From IMG/VR virus record IMGVR_UViG_3300046170_000289: a stretch of DNA of 64,000 nt; one strand, written 5' to 3'. Under the pieces are notes generated by a model, which was not told where the DNA came from, did no database searches, and saw only the letters and a list, made by a program, of their open reading frames with translations. This document shows, piece by piece, positions 17,791 through 27,415 of this stretch. The position numbers and the translations under genes were made by a program. Source of the stretch: a virus. Position 1 is the first letter of the stretch; the number at the start of each line of letters is the position of its first letter.

Positions 17791-17951
17791 TCTGAATACT
17801 CTTGTAGATGTTCAAGTACTTTGTTGAGTGTGTGATGAGCACCATCGTGCCACTCACCATTCTCATGCTCATACTTACCATTATATAGCTCTGTCTTCAG
17901 CTTGTATATCTTGGCAAGGAGATCAACCTTTCGCATTCTAGCCCTAGGCAT
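17787..17951 (-). CDS. 54-aa hypothetical protein (not in the ORF track)
   Basis: MPRARMRKVDLLAKIYKLKTELYNGKYEHENGEWHDGAHHTLNKVLEHLQEYSE; GAGG Shine-Dalgarno-like sequence upstream. Confidence 0.6.
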   Translation of the reverse strand: MPRARMRKVDLLAKIYKLKTELYNGKYEHENGEWHDGAHHTLNKVLEHLQEYSE

Positions 17952-17980
17952 GTTACCCTCACATTATACAGGTATTTAAC

Positions 17981-18007
17981 AAGAAAGCACCCGCTGAGGG
18001 TGCTTTT
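17981..18007 (-). terminator. Rho-independent terminator
   Basis: AAAGCACCC-loop-GGGTGCTTT stem followed by a T-rich tail. Confidence 0.75.
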
Positions 18008-18031
18008 ATAGGGTTTACTGTTAGGACATTC

Positions 18032-18190
18032 TCATATAAGCAACTCCTTACAGATTTTTTTACAGGATGTATGATTTGAGATATCGCACTCAATTAAACA
18101 TTCATAGTAATCATTCAAGCTTTCCTCCTCTACAGTTTCCTGAAAGTGTCTCCACTCATTGAGTTGATTTCTTGATGTCAGATTGTGCAT
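18032..18190 (-). CDS. 52-aa twin-CX3C protein (not in the ORF track)
   Basis: MHNLTSRNQLNEWRHFQETVEEESLNDYYECLIECDISNHTSCKKICKELLI. Confidence 0.65.
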   Translation of the reverse strand: MHNLTSRNQLNEWRHFQETVEEESLNDYYECLIECDISNHTSCKKICKELLI

Positions 18191-18331
18191 TTACCATACC
18201 TAGAAACAATTAAATTTTCATAATCAAGAAAGGTTTGGGTCCATTTGATCCTCCGATCTGCTACTACTACTTATGTTTGTTTTGATATCGTAACTAAGTT
18301 TCCTTACTTTTTAACGTAACTATACAGAGAC

Positions 18332-18357
18332 AAAAAAAGAGACCCCGTAGGGTCTCT
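18332..18357 (-). terminator. Rho-independent terminator after gp23
   Basis: AGAGACCC-loop-GGGTCTCT stem plus T7 on the minus strand. Confidence 0.85.
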
Positions 18358-18377
18358 GTGAAGATTGTGATCTCTGA

Positions 18378-19739
18378 TCACATGAGGTTAGTAACCTTAA
18401 CACGTCTGTAGTAACGGTTAGCGTTAGCGGTGAGAGCACCTTGACCTTGAGTAAGACCTTCAGCGAATGGGTTAGCGACCATTCCGTAACGAGTCTTAAA
18501 TCCAATTTTTGGTTGGAAGGTATCAGGACCCACAGCGCGGACCATCTGGAGGGGCACATAAGGGCAGTAGAAGAGACCTGCGTCATAAGCACTGCTACCT
18601 TTGTAACCAGCCACATAGAAGTGAGCATCGGAAACGTTGGCAGAGTAAGGATCGACGTAGACCTTAATACGACCGTTGAGCGTACCAGCAAGGGTGCTGC
18701 TGTTGTCGTCGGGCAGCAGGTTGCTGTTACCAGACAGAGCAGGGGTGTAATCAAGCACACCAGCCATAGACAGGGCGGAAGCAACGTCTGCAGAGCAGAT
18801 GAGGATGTTGCCCTTTCCTCTACGAGTCTCGTGCCCGATAGCATTCATGTCTCTCTCAATTTGGAAGAGAAGACCTTTGAATTTCTCAACAGACCAGCGA
18901 CCGTTGGAGTCAACGTCGAGGTCAAACACACCTGCAGTTGCAGTGTTGTTCTGAGCGCCAGGACGAGCAATCTTGTAAACAGTACGGACAACCTCACGGT
19001 TGATCTCTGCCAGCACTTCAGTGCTGAGGATGTTTGCAAGCTCGCTTTCGGCATCCAGACCATGGACTGCCTTAAGGTCCTGAGCAAGCTCAAGACTGTA
19101 TTCTGCTTTCAGAGCTCTTGACTTCGCAGTAACGGTGACTTTCTCGATCGAGAAACCCATTTCGTTGAAGTGGTTAGAAGCGCCATCACCCAGTGCTTCA
19201 GACTGAGCAGTGGTCATACCTTGACCACCGATGGTGTACTGACCAGCACCATCAGCAAGCAGACCAGGATTAGATCCAGTCTGAGTGTTAGATGCAAGAC
19301 CGTTTGCGCTATTCTCGGAAGAATGCTCGGAGTTGACTTCGTTGAAGAAAGTCTCAACACCACTGTTAGCGATGTCTCTGTTGGTGCCCGTTGTGGAGCG
19401 CATTGCAAAGATCAGTCCAGTAGGACCAGTCATTGGTTGCACGCCGCAGATGTCATAAGCAATAAGCTTAGGCATGGAGCGTCTGATGAGGCTGATCAGC
19501 ACAGGGTCGAAACCTGCAACAGGACCAGTGGCAGTGCTGCCACCTGAGAAGCCAGTGCCGCCCAAGGAGTTAGTAGGAGCTGCTTCTGTTACCAGACCGC
19601 GCTCTTCCTTGAGGAATTTTTCTTGGTTCTCCAAGAGGACAGAGGTAACCGCCTTTCTGTAGGTATCCTTAATAGGATCGAGCTCATTGTGCTCAAGAAT
19701 GGGGTTCCACTTTTCCTGGAGTGATTCTGCGTTAAACAT
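18378..19739 (-). CDS. gp23: Major capsid protein gp23
   Basis: GFDPVLISLIRR, GVQPMTGPTGLIFAMR, AKSRALKAEYS and FQPKIGFKTRYG motifs. Confidence 0.99.
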   Translation of the reverse strand: MFNAESLQEKWNPILEHNELDPIKDTYRKAVTSVLLENQEKFLKEERGLVTEAAPTNSLGGTGFSGGSTATGPVAGFDPVLISLIRRSMPKLIAYDICGVQPMTGPTGLIFAMRSTTGTNRDIANSGVETFFNEVNSEHSSENSANGLASNTQTGSNPGLLADGAGQYTIGGQGMTTAQSEALGDGASNHFNEMGFSIEKVTVTAKSRALKAEYSLELAQDLKAVHGLDAESELANILSTEVLAEINREVVRTVYKIARPGAQNNTATAGVFDLDVDSNGRWSVEKFKGLLFQIERDMNAIGHETRRGKGNILICSADVASALSMAGVLDYTPALSGNSNLLPDDNSSTLAGTLNGRIKVYVDPYSANVSDAHFYVAGYKGSSAYDAGLFYCPYVPLQMVRAVGPDTFQPKIGFKTRYGMVANPFAEGLTQGQGALTANANRYYRRVKVTNLM

Positions 19740-19770
19740 TTTAGACTCTTAGGTTAAATGAAAGGGTAAA

Positions 19771-20805
19771 TTACTTGTTCCAGCGAGAAATCGCTTGGGC
19801 ATATGCTGCCATAGCGTCTCCAACAGGAGCATTCTCAACTTCAACATCCTCAGTGACAGTAGTCGCTTCAGGTTTGGTAGAGAAATACGATTCACGGAGG
19901 GTAGAGACCTTCGCACGGAAAGACTCTTCATTTTCAAACTCAACAGCTTCCGCCAGGGATACAATCTTCTCGCGTTGAGCGAGCGATAGTCCCTCAGCGA
20001 TCTCTGTCACAATCCCATTCTTGATATAGGTGCCGACGCTCTTATTAAGCTCGACATTTTCTTCAATAGACTCGTTGAGTTTTGTTTCCATTACATCGAG
20101 TTGTGCCTGAATTTCTTCGACGACATCAACTTTTTCTTCGGGGAGATCAATATAGTTCTCCACGAAAACTTGCTTGAGACCTGTAAGCATGGACTCAGCC
20201 ATTTCGGTTTTGATACCTTGCTCAATGGCGAGCTCATTCTTAGTCATCCATTGACCAACCGCATAAGTCAGATACTCATCGACTTTTTCTGCGAGGTCGG
20301 ACTTAACAGACTCAATTTCTTCTTCAAGGACTTTAGCGTAGTCCTCGTGCATACGCTCCAACTCTTCGTTGATGCGAGATACGACTGCTGCTTCAAAGAT
20401 AGTCTTTGCTTTTTCTTTGAATTCTTCAGTCAACTCTTCACCTTCGGTAAGAGCTGCAACATCAGCAGACAGATCGACTTCGATCACAGTCTCCTGAGGC
20501 TCTTCAGCAATCACATCGCCCTCGGGCTCGTGACCTGCCTTCACATCACCCTTAGCAGCAAATTCTGCTTTAGCGCCAGAGGCGTCAGAGGGTTTGGTTG
20601 TGGGTGCAGCAGCATTTCCACCAGCAACAGTTTTATACTTATTGCTGTCATCCGTGGGCTTGCTATTCTGTGGGGTTGGACCACCGAGATCTTGTACTCC
20701 AGCGAGACTACTACCGTCAGCGCCCAGTTTGGGCTGTGGTTCGGCAGGTTTTGCGCCAGCGGTTACACTCGATTCATCCAGAGTTGTTTCAATCTCTTGT
20801 GACAT
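19771..20805 (-). CDS. gp22: Prohead core scaffold protein gp22
   Basis: Acidic coiled coil with EFKEKAKTIFEAAV and EKVDEYLTY motifs; position between gp21 and gp23. Confidence 0.93.
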   Translation of the reverse strand: MSQEIETTLDESSVTAGAKPAEPQPKLGADGSSLAGVQDLGGPTPQNSKPTDDSNKYKTVAGGNAAAPTTKPSDASGAKAEFAAKGDVKAGHEPEGDVIAEEPQETVIEVDLSADVAALTEGEELTEEFKEKAKTIFEAAVVSRINEELERMHEDYAKVLEEEIESVKSDLAEKVDEYLTYAVGQWMTKNELAIEQGIKTEMAESMLTGLKQVFVENYIDLPEEKVDVVEEIQAQLDVMETKLNESIEENVELNKSVGTYIKNGIVTEIAEGLSLAQREKIVSLAEAVEFENEESFRAKVSTLRESYFSTKPEATTVTEDVEVENAPVGDAMAAYAQAISRWNK

Positions 20806-20845
20806 TTTGTCTCCTGGTTTACAAACGTGCGATATTTGCTATAGT

Positions 20846-20853
20846 TATTTATA
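20846..20853 (-). promoter_or_regulatory. Late promoter TATAAATA upstream of gp22
   Basis: Exact consensus. Confidence 0.8.
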
Positions 20854-20855
20854 GA

Positions 20856-21503
20856 TTAAAGATTTTTGATGAAGGAGTGAAACGCGGAAAGTTTCAATTC
20901 ATCCAACTGATTACGGTGTGCGTTATCAATTCTCTCTTTAATCTGCTCGATTCTTTGCTCTTGGATTGCGCCTCCAGCATAGACCCACTCTTTTCCTTCC
21001 ATAATCCCGTTGACAAAAGCGTCAGGGGCAGAAGGATCTGCGACGATATCGGCAGCAGTGGCGAGCATAAAGTCATCAGCGACGACTTTGATACCACCTT
21101 CTTCCTTAATAGATCCAAGACCTCTGGAAGATACACCTAGTTTTACACCTTCGTCAAGAAGATTCTTCGCGATGTTACCCATAGGAGTATCGAGAAGTCT
21201 TGCCTTACCTACGAAGTTGTTACCCTCTCTTTGCAGAGAAGTGATAAGGTGAGACACGCGGTCAAGGTTAATAGTAGGACCATCGGGATGACCCAACTCA
21301 CCTAGTGCGCGACCTTTGGTAATGTATTGCTCGTTGTATTTAGCAACTTCCCTTTGTAGGGTTTCTGCACGATACATACGACCATTTCTGTTTTTGATTT
21401 CACCCTGCAAGAAAACGCCTTCGATAAAGTGACGCTTCGCGCCATTCTTACCTTCGACGATTGTTACCTTGGCGGATTCAATCTCCTCCCTGATTAGTCT
21501 CAT
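20856..21503 (-). CDS. gp21: Prohead protease gp21
   Basis: NRNGRMY, ALGELGHP, LGVSSRGLGS and DIVADPSAPDAFV motifs. Confidence 0.97.
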   Translation of the reverse strand: MRLIREEIESAKVTIVEGKNGAKRHFIEGVFLQGEIKNRNGRMYRAETLQREVAKYNEQYITKGRALGELGHPDGPTINLDRVSHLITSLQREGNNFVGKARLLDTPMGNIAKNLLDEGVKLGVSSRGLGSIKEEGGIKVVADDFMLATAADIVADPSAPDAFVNGIMEGKEWVYAGGAIQEQRIEQIKERIDNAHRNQLDELKLSAFHSFIKNL

Positions 21504-21726
21504 CTGTCGTTTCCTCTGGTGGTGTATCAGTTACTTCGGTCTCTGCAGATGCTTCGACTTCAGGTGTTTCCTCGGGCTCCTTAAACATGGAGGATCCGAT
21601 TTCTTGTTTCTTTGCGTCAATTTGATCAACCGCTACTACTTTCATAGCAGAATCAACGTAGTCTGACAGATCTTTTTGACCTGCAAACAATGCGTTGACG
21701 ATCTCAAGCGCGGATTGGGTTGGCAT
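21478..21726 (-). CDS. Small acidic prohead core-like protein (gp67/68 position)
   Basis: Acidic C-terminus; lies between portal and protease; CTAAATA upstream at 21750-21756. Confidence 0.55.
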   Translation of the reverse strand: MPTQSALEIVNALFAGQKDLSDYVDSAMKVVAVDQIDAKKQEIGSSMFKEPEETPEVEASAETEVTDTPPEETTDETNQGGD

Positions 21727-21752
21727 AATTATTTAGAATTCAGTAATACTAT

Positions 21753-23387
21753 TTAGAAATCTCCTTTTTTACGATCCGCAGGATCGATTCCCTGCTGCGC
21801 GTATTGATCCATAGCTTGTTGCTGAGGGTCAACTGGCTCAGGTTGGAGGGACATTGCCATTTGCTCGACTTCCATTTGTGGCATTGTCATTGGGTCGATG
21901 ACCTTACCATCCGCAATCTCTCTTTCCATATCCTTATCAATGTCCTTAAACAAAGCATCAGGTTGCTTCAAGATCTGACGGCGCATGTATTCCAGCGAGA
22001 AGTATTTACCCACGAATGGGTCCATCTGCTGCAGAAGTGCCATACGAGCATTCATAATCTCCTGCTCTTTCAGCTCGGAGAAGTAGTTGTCTGCAATGAA
22101 ATCATATTGAATGTGCTCTTTAGCATCATCCCACTCTTCAGGTGTGAAGACACCTTTCAGAATAAGTTGAGTCTTGAGCAGATCATTAAACAGATCGCCA
22201 AACTTCTTGCGGAGTCTAACGACGAATTTTTGAAACTTAACTTCATCGCGAGTGATCTCTGCAGACCTACCAACGTTGAAAGAAGAGTCAGATTCCAGAC
22301 GTGACTCAGGCACATTCAGTGACCTGTAAAGTTTCTTCTGGAAATACTTTACGTCCTCAAGCTCTCCAAGATTTTGTCCACCTGGGAGCGTAGTGATTTC
22401 AGTACCTCGTCCACCCTCACGTCTTGGGAGCCAGAAGTCTTCGAGCATCGACATGAATTTCTTGTCGTCTCTGATTTCGCCTGTGTCTGCATTGTATACA
22501 AGTTTGTTTCTGTAGCGAGACATCACCTCACGGAGGTATTGCTCAGCTTTCTGTTTGGGTAGATTACCCACGTCAATATAGAAAATTCTACGCTCAGGAG
22601 CGCGAGACAATCTATAGATGACCAAGGAATCCTCAATCATTCTCAGCTGATTGAGTGCCTTAATTGCTTTATGTAGGTGCGACAACACATAGTTGCGCTG
22701 CATATCAAGTTGTCCTGAGTGGGCAAAACAAATTGCGTCAGGTGCAATCTTGATTCCATTATTTTCGTAACCGCGTAGACCCTTAGGAGCGTAAATATAA
22801 TACTCGATTGCCTTAGGAATCAGCACGTTAACCTGTGGATCTGCAGGTGAAATGCGATCCTTGGGTTTATCATACTCGATAACTTTTTTGATTTTGCGAG
22901 GATCAATATACCTCAACTCTGTAATCCCTTCCTTGGGATTATCAGGGTTAATCATCTTATGGTAGAAGAGGCGACCATCAATATACCATCTACGGAAGAT
23001 GTCATATGCCTTTCTATCAAAATCGAGGAGTGACAGTACGTTGTCAAACTCCTCGCGGATGCGTGTCTTCAAAGCATCAGACACTTTAAGATTAGAAAGC
23101 TCAATATCAACAGGGTGATCGTCAAGATCTCCAGCGATTGCCTCATTCACAATGTCATTAATTGCTGCATCCGCTTCTGGATGCAAAGACATTTCACGAT
23201 ACCGACCGATAAGATCGACATCGCTCGACTTGTTTGCCGAGTCTCCCAGATCAACATACTGACCAAAATGTCCACCAGCAGCAATGGGTTGCGCCGCGTC
23301 GTCATTGTCCTTATGCACGAAAGAAGGACCCTTCGCAGAGCCCTTACCTTTCTTTCGATCTAGGGAATAACCAAATAGTTGTGACAT
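21753..23387 (-). CDS. gp20: Portal vertex protein gp20
   Basis: FRRWYIDGR, IYRLSRAPERRIFYIDVGNLP and EDFWLPRREGGRGTEI motifs. Confidence 0.98.
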   Translation of the reverse strand: MSQLFGYSLDRKKGKGSAKGPSFVHKDNDDAAQPIAAGGHFGQYVDLGDSANKSSDVDLIGRYREMSLHPEADAAINDIVNEAIAGDLDDHPVDIELSNLKVSDALKTRIREEFDNVLSLLDFDRKAYDIFRRWYIDGRLFYHKMINPDNPKEGITELRYIDPRKIKKVIEYDKPKDRISPADPQVNVLIPKAIEYYIYAPKGLRGYENNGIKIAPDAICFAHSGQLDMQRNYVLSHLHKAIKALNQLRMIEDSLVIYRLSRAPERRIFYIDVGNLPKQKAEQYLREVMSRYRNKLVYNADTGEIRDDKKFMSMLEDFWLPRREGGRGTEITTLPGGQNLGELEDVKYFQKKLYRSLNVPESRLESDSSFNVGRSAEITRDEVKFQKFVVRLRKKFGDLFNDLLKTQLILKGVFTPEEWDDAKEHIQYDFIADNYFSELKEQEIMNARMALLQQMDPFVGKYFSLEYMRRQILKQPDALFKDIDKDMEREIADGKVIDPMTMPQMEVEQMAMSLQPEPVDPQQQAMDQYAQQGIDPADRKKGDF

Positions 23388-23430
23388 TCAACTGTCCCTA
23401 TACATTATCAATTATTTATACGCGACGAAA

Positions 23431-24108
23431 TCACGCATCAACAGTATTACCAGCGTTGTTATCGTTGGCGTATGTCCAGTACTGGACCTGGAATTCAACA
23501 GTATACTCTTCAGGAGTATCGTTGCTATCCCATGCAAGGTCGATTGCACTGATGTTTGAGGGCCAGATGCCAACAAACTGATACGATCTAACAACTCCAC
23601 CCTGTCTATCATACTGACGCACAAGTGCGCTAGACTGATATTCAGCGATGGTCTTAGGTGTCTGCAGGTTTTGCTGAAGGTTTTGGATCTTAGTAGACCA
23701 CTCTTCAAACTTAGAGCGCAGTGCAAATCCTTTGTCGTTAAGGACAGTAACTGTCCAAGGCTCAAAGGTTCTGTCGCCAGCGATCTTGAGTGTCCTACCT
23801 CTGTAAGGAACCTCGATCACACCCACTGTAGAAGCAGGAATGTTTGCTGCCTTCACAAGGAAGGTTGCGAGAGATCCAGATGAGGCAGATGATCCTGCCT
23901 GGGAAGCACCAGCAGTTTCCTGCTGACGCTTTTCTTGAGATCCAGGTGTGGCACCCGATGCGGGCGTGCCCTCATCGACGATGCCTGGGAAACCAATTTC
24001 CACTTGGAAAAGGTTGGGGCGGGCTAGGTCCCCGATTCTGTTTCTGAAGTCAAGGATTGGTGCATTGACCATCTTGCCTTCTGTCTGCCCTGGGTATTTG
24101 TCAGCCAT
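23431..24108 (-). CDS. gp19: Tail tube protein gp19
   Basis: LARPNLFQV, VPYRGRTLKIAGDRTFEPWTVT and WPSNISAIDLAWD motifs. Confidence 0.96.
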   Translation of the reverse strand: MADKYPGQTEGKMVNAPILDFRNRIGDLARPNLFQVEIGFPGIVDEGTPASGATPGSQEKRQQETAGASQAGSSASSGSLATFLVKAANIPASTVGVIEVPYRGRTLKIAGDRTFEPWTVTVLNDKGFALRSKFEEWSTKIQNLQQNLQTPKTIAEYQSSALVRQYDRQGGVVRSYQFVGIWPSNISAIDLAWDSNDTPEEYTVEFQVQYWTYANDNNAGNTVDA

Positions 24109-24159
24109 TTTGGTGAAGTACTCCGATGTTTATGTAATGGGGGTTAGATGGTTAGATGA

Positions 24160-26932
24160 TCAGGAGACGAGCTCGGTGAAGCTTGCGCCAGTCCTTGTTG
24201 CCGTGAAGGTCAAGGTGATGAAGTTGATGGATCTTGTGGGTTTCACAAAGATCTCAGCGTAGAATTCACCACGGTCGATTGCTTCCGCAGGGTTGTTGGT
24301 GCCATCACAGACAACCAGGAAGTCAACAATACCACGACGTGATTGGACAGATCTCAGATAAGGCTCAACGATGTTCTTGAATTGTTGGCGAGTAAACTCA
24401 TCATTCAATTCAAAGAGTTGAGTCTTAGCAGCGTTGCTAATCGCTTCTTCGATAACGAGGAAGAGACGGCGGACGTTGATTCTGTCGAAAGCAGACTGAT
24501 AACCCAGTGCAGTCTTATCTCCGAAGAGGACCATACCCTGACCAGGGAATGCGACGATAGGGTTAACTCTTGCTGCATAGAGAAGATCTCTATGATCCTT
24601 CAGAGGAGAGTAAGCAAGTTTGATGCTGTTTCTCAAGTTACCACGGTTGAAACCAGCGGGTGAGAACCAAGGCTCTTGATTAAGAGTCGTGCTGAGGACC
24701 AGACCTGCCATGTCACCGTTACAAGGGATGTAGCGATAGACATCGTTATACTTGTCGTAGATATACTTGTAGTTGTTATCGAAGACAGTGTAGGAGGAAG
24801 ATCCGAGTTGATCGAAGTACTCGATTGTGCGAGACACGATTTGTGGGACCGAAGGTTGTCCGACAATATCACCTCTATATGGCGAGATGAAAGCGATACA
24901 ATCCTTACGAGCATCTGCAATGCCGATGATGTGCTGTGCCTTAGCAACAGTATCATTGAGACTATTCATGCCAGGACCCATCAAGATGTAGTCAATCTGG
25001 ACAGTCTCTGCGTCATTGAAGAGTGTGTATGCACCCAAGATGTTAGGACGTGAGATGGTATAACCATCAACGCCACCTTGGAGAGAGTAGCGCAGTGTTG
25101 CGCGACCCTTTGTGCCAACCAGAGGCACAGCGAGGGGGTTGAGACCAGTTGGGTCATCAAGGTTGTTGAGGGAGTTGTCAGACTTAATCAGGTCAAACTC
25201 TCTGTTAACACCACTAAGACCGAAACTACCAGAAGTGTTAGTGTCGCGATCATAGATGTTGTTAACTTCATGCGATCCCCAATACAGGAATTGCGAGAAT
25301 TGCTTAACAACATTCTTGTAGTAGATGTTATCACCCTGAGGAGACTTGGCGTCAGTTGCCTTAGATACGTTGAGGTGCTTCTCAAGGAGAGCGCCAGGAG
25401 TACCAGTCAGTTTGCCGTCACCGTCAAGGACCAGGATGTGCATCAGGTCATTGTAACCGCCTCTGTCTTCCACCCATGCGGATGTAGTAGGACGAGGAGC
25501 GATGTTGGACCATCTCTGATTCACCCCATAAAGGCGGGTGTCGTAGTCATTCTCCACTGCTGCGATCAACACAGAAGCGGCGTTTGCGTCAGAGACATTC
25601 TGGTTTGCTTGGAAGATAGGAGATCCAGGATTGAGAGAAACTCTCAACTCTCTACGGATTGCCTCAACAGTAGCAGCGTCGCCAGTTGCACTACCAGGAG
25701 AGTTGCTGTTGTTTGCCAACTCAGAAATGGTATCACCAACTTCCAGCACGTCAGCGGAGGAAGGAATCGATAGCGATTTCAAGTTTACGAGTCTCAGGAT
25801 CGTAAGCAACAACGCGACCAGTAACACCACCACTAACAGCAGTGATGTAGTTGTCCTTCTCGAAGGATCCAATCAGAGTAGCGTCGTCAACAACAGTTAC
25901 GATAGTATCGTAGTTGTAAACCTTACCGTAGATGTTAGCAGCAGAGTATGCAACTTCAGCACCGTTAGTGAATTGCCACTCAGTGCTAGTAGGTTGTGCC
26001 AAAGACAACACCTGATCAGCACCAGCGTCGGTCATCACCACGCGGATGGAGTTACCGTGGAGACCAGCAGATTTTGCTGCCCACTTCCAGTTGTTTGCTG
26101 CGTTTTCAACGTTGGTCTCATACTCGTCATCATTCTTGATGAGGGGAGCAGTGATACCAGTTGCAGTGGTCTCGTTGATCTCAGTCTTCTGTGCTGTAAC
26201 CAGTTGCAGAGAGACAGTAGATCCATCGGTGTGTGCAGCAGCAGTAGTGCCGAGCAGACCGCGAGTCACGTTAAGGTTGTCACCAGAAACACCAGTGATT
26301 TGCATGATCTCATCATCAACTCTGATGTATGAGTTCGTGCCACCACCAAGAGTAGATGCAGAGGTCACAGTCAGAGTGCCGTCTGCGTCAGTGAAGGTAG
26401 ATCCTTCATTAATAGTAGAGGATGTGCCAGCAGGCTCAATCAAAGTGATTGGAGCAGCAGCAGCGTGAGATGCAGCAGATGTTGCGAGTTGACCACGAAG
26501 CACGGTAACGTCGTTACCAGAAACTGCTTGGATAGTCAGCAATTCTGCGTCCACCAGGAGCAGATCGTTAACGTCCAGATCAGTTGCTGAAGCGACAGTA
26601 AGTGTCGTGTCAGTGCTGCTAAAAGTTGCAACGATAAACTGTGCAGTATCGATTGCGTTCTTAAGTGAGTCATTCATTGCGCGGACCACCTTCACGGTGC
26701 CGCCATACAGCAGGAATTGTGCTGCAGTGAACCAGTATTCGTAGTTGTACTCGTTTGGTTTGCCAAAGACCGAGAGGAGCTCACGCTCGCTCGTGATCTG
26801 AGTCATTGCCTCAACGGGTCCTTTTTCAAAGGAGCCGACAATAGCAGCAACATTATCAACTGTTGCGTTGGCTACTGAGGTAAGGTCTCTTTCAAGTACA
26901 ACAACCCCTGGTGAAAGTTGTGTTGATGCCAT
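24160..26932 (-). CDS. gp18: Tail sheath protein gp18 (split by an apparent 1-nt insertion near 25758-25766; about 923 aa if corrected)
   Basis: N-terminal half SPGVVVLERD...FEKGPV; C-terminal half PWFSPAGFNRG and FDRINVRRLFL. Frames join as ...IAIDSSSADVLEVG if one base is removed. Confidence 0.93.
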
Positions 26933-26971
26933 TAGATTCTCCTGATTAGATTCCTAGTCGGATGCTGAAAC

Positions 26972-26978
26972 TATTTAG
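26972..26978 (-). promoter_or_regulatory. Late promoter variant CTAAATA upstream of gp18
   Basis: About 40 nt upstream of the ATG; the same variant recurs before other late genes. Confidence 0.6.
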
Positions 26979-27014
26979 AATAACGTGGTTTTTCAGAGGG
27001 TAAACACGACGAAA

Positions 27015-27242
27015 TCACCAGTCAGGATACTCAGTAACCCACTTCTTTTTCTTCTTCCTATTGGCAGCATTACGCTTTACCTGACACTGTTTGCAGGTAT
27101 AAGAATACGCTGAGACATTCTTGCCTCTATCAGGTCTAGTCTTGTAGAAATGATCTACCAGTGACAGGGTGCGAAGACATTTACGACACTGCCTATCTAC
27201 AAATAGAAACTCTTCTAGGTCTAGGTTGTCTTCAAAGTCCAT
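27015..27242 (-). CDS. Small CxxC...CxxC putative zinc-binding protein
   Basis: RQCRKC and TCKQC motifs. Confidence 0.6.
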   Translation of the reverse strand: MDFEDNLDLEEFLFVDRQCRKCLRTLSLVDHFYKTRPDRGKNVSAYSYTCKQCQVKRNAANRKKKKKWVTEYPDW

Positions 27243-27415
27243 TCTTTTACCAACCGCTCAACTTGTTTCTTGTCGCATCCACAAGGAGCATTATTGAGAC
27301 ATCTAATGATTAACTCAGTATCGCTAATTGGTGGTCTAATTGTAAACCCATGCTTATCAAGCTTGGGCATCTCCTCATCTATATCAGAAATAAATTCACT
27401 CATCGATAATCCCAC
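27221..27415 (-). CDS. Small hypothetical protein
   Basis: Packed after gp17; NAPCGCDK motif. Confidence 0.5.
   Translation of the reverse strand: MGLSMSEFISDIDEEMPKLDKHGFTIRPPISDTELIIRCLNNAPCGCDKKQVERLVKEWTLKTT

Noticed and set aside
18032-18190. CP12 assignment for the Cys-rich microprotein
   Set aside because: Lacks the CP12 C-terminal C-x8-C..YD/ED pattern; it has twin CX3C motifs instead.
25751-25770. Programmed +1 frameshift in gp18
   Set aside because: No codon pair allowing tRNA re-pairing; an indel artefact is simpler given two other single-base indels.
18441-26468. Long plus-strand ORFs (e.g. 18441-19121, 20101-20802, 25078-25773, 25631-26332, and similar ones elsewhere such as 51020-51688 and 62969-63802)
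   Set aside because: They lie exactly antisense to well-conserved genes, have no recognisable motifs, and are expected shadows of codon bias.
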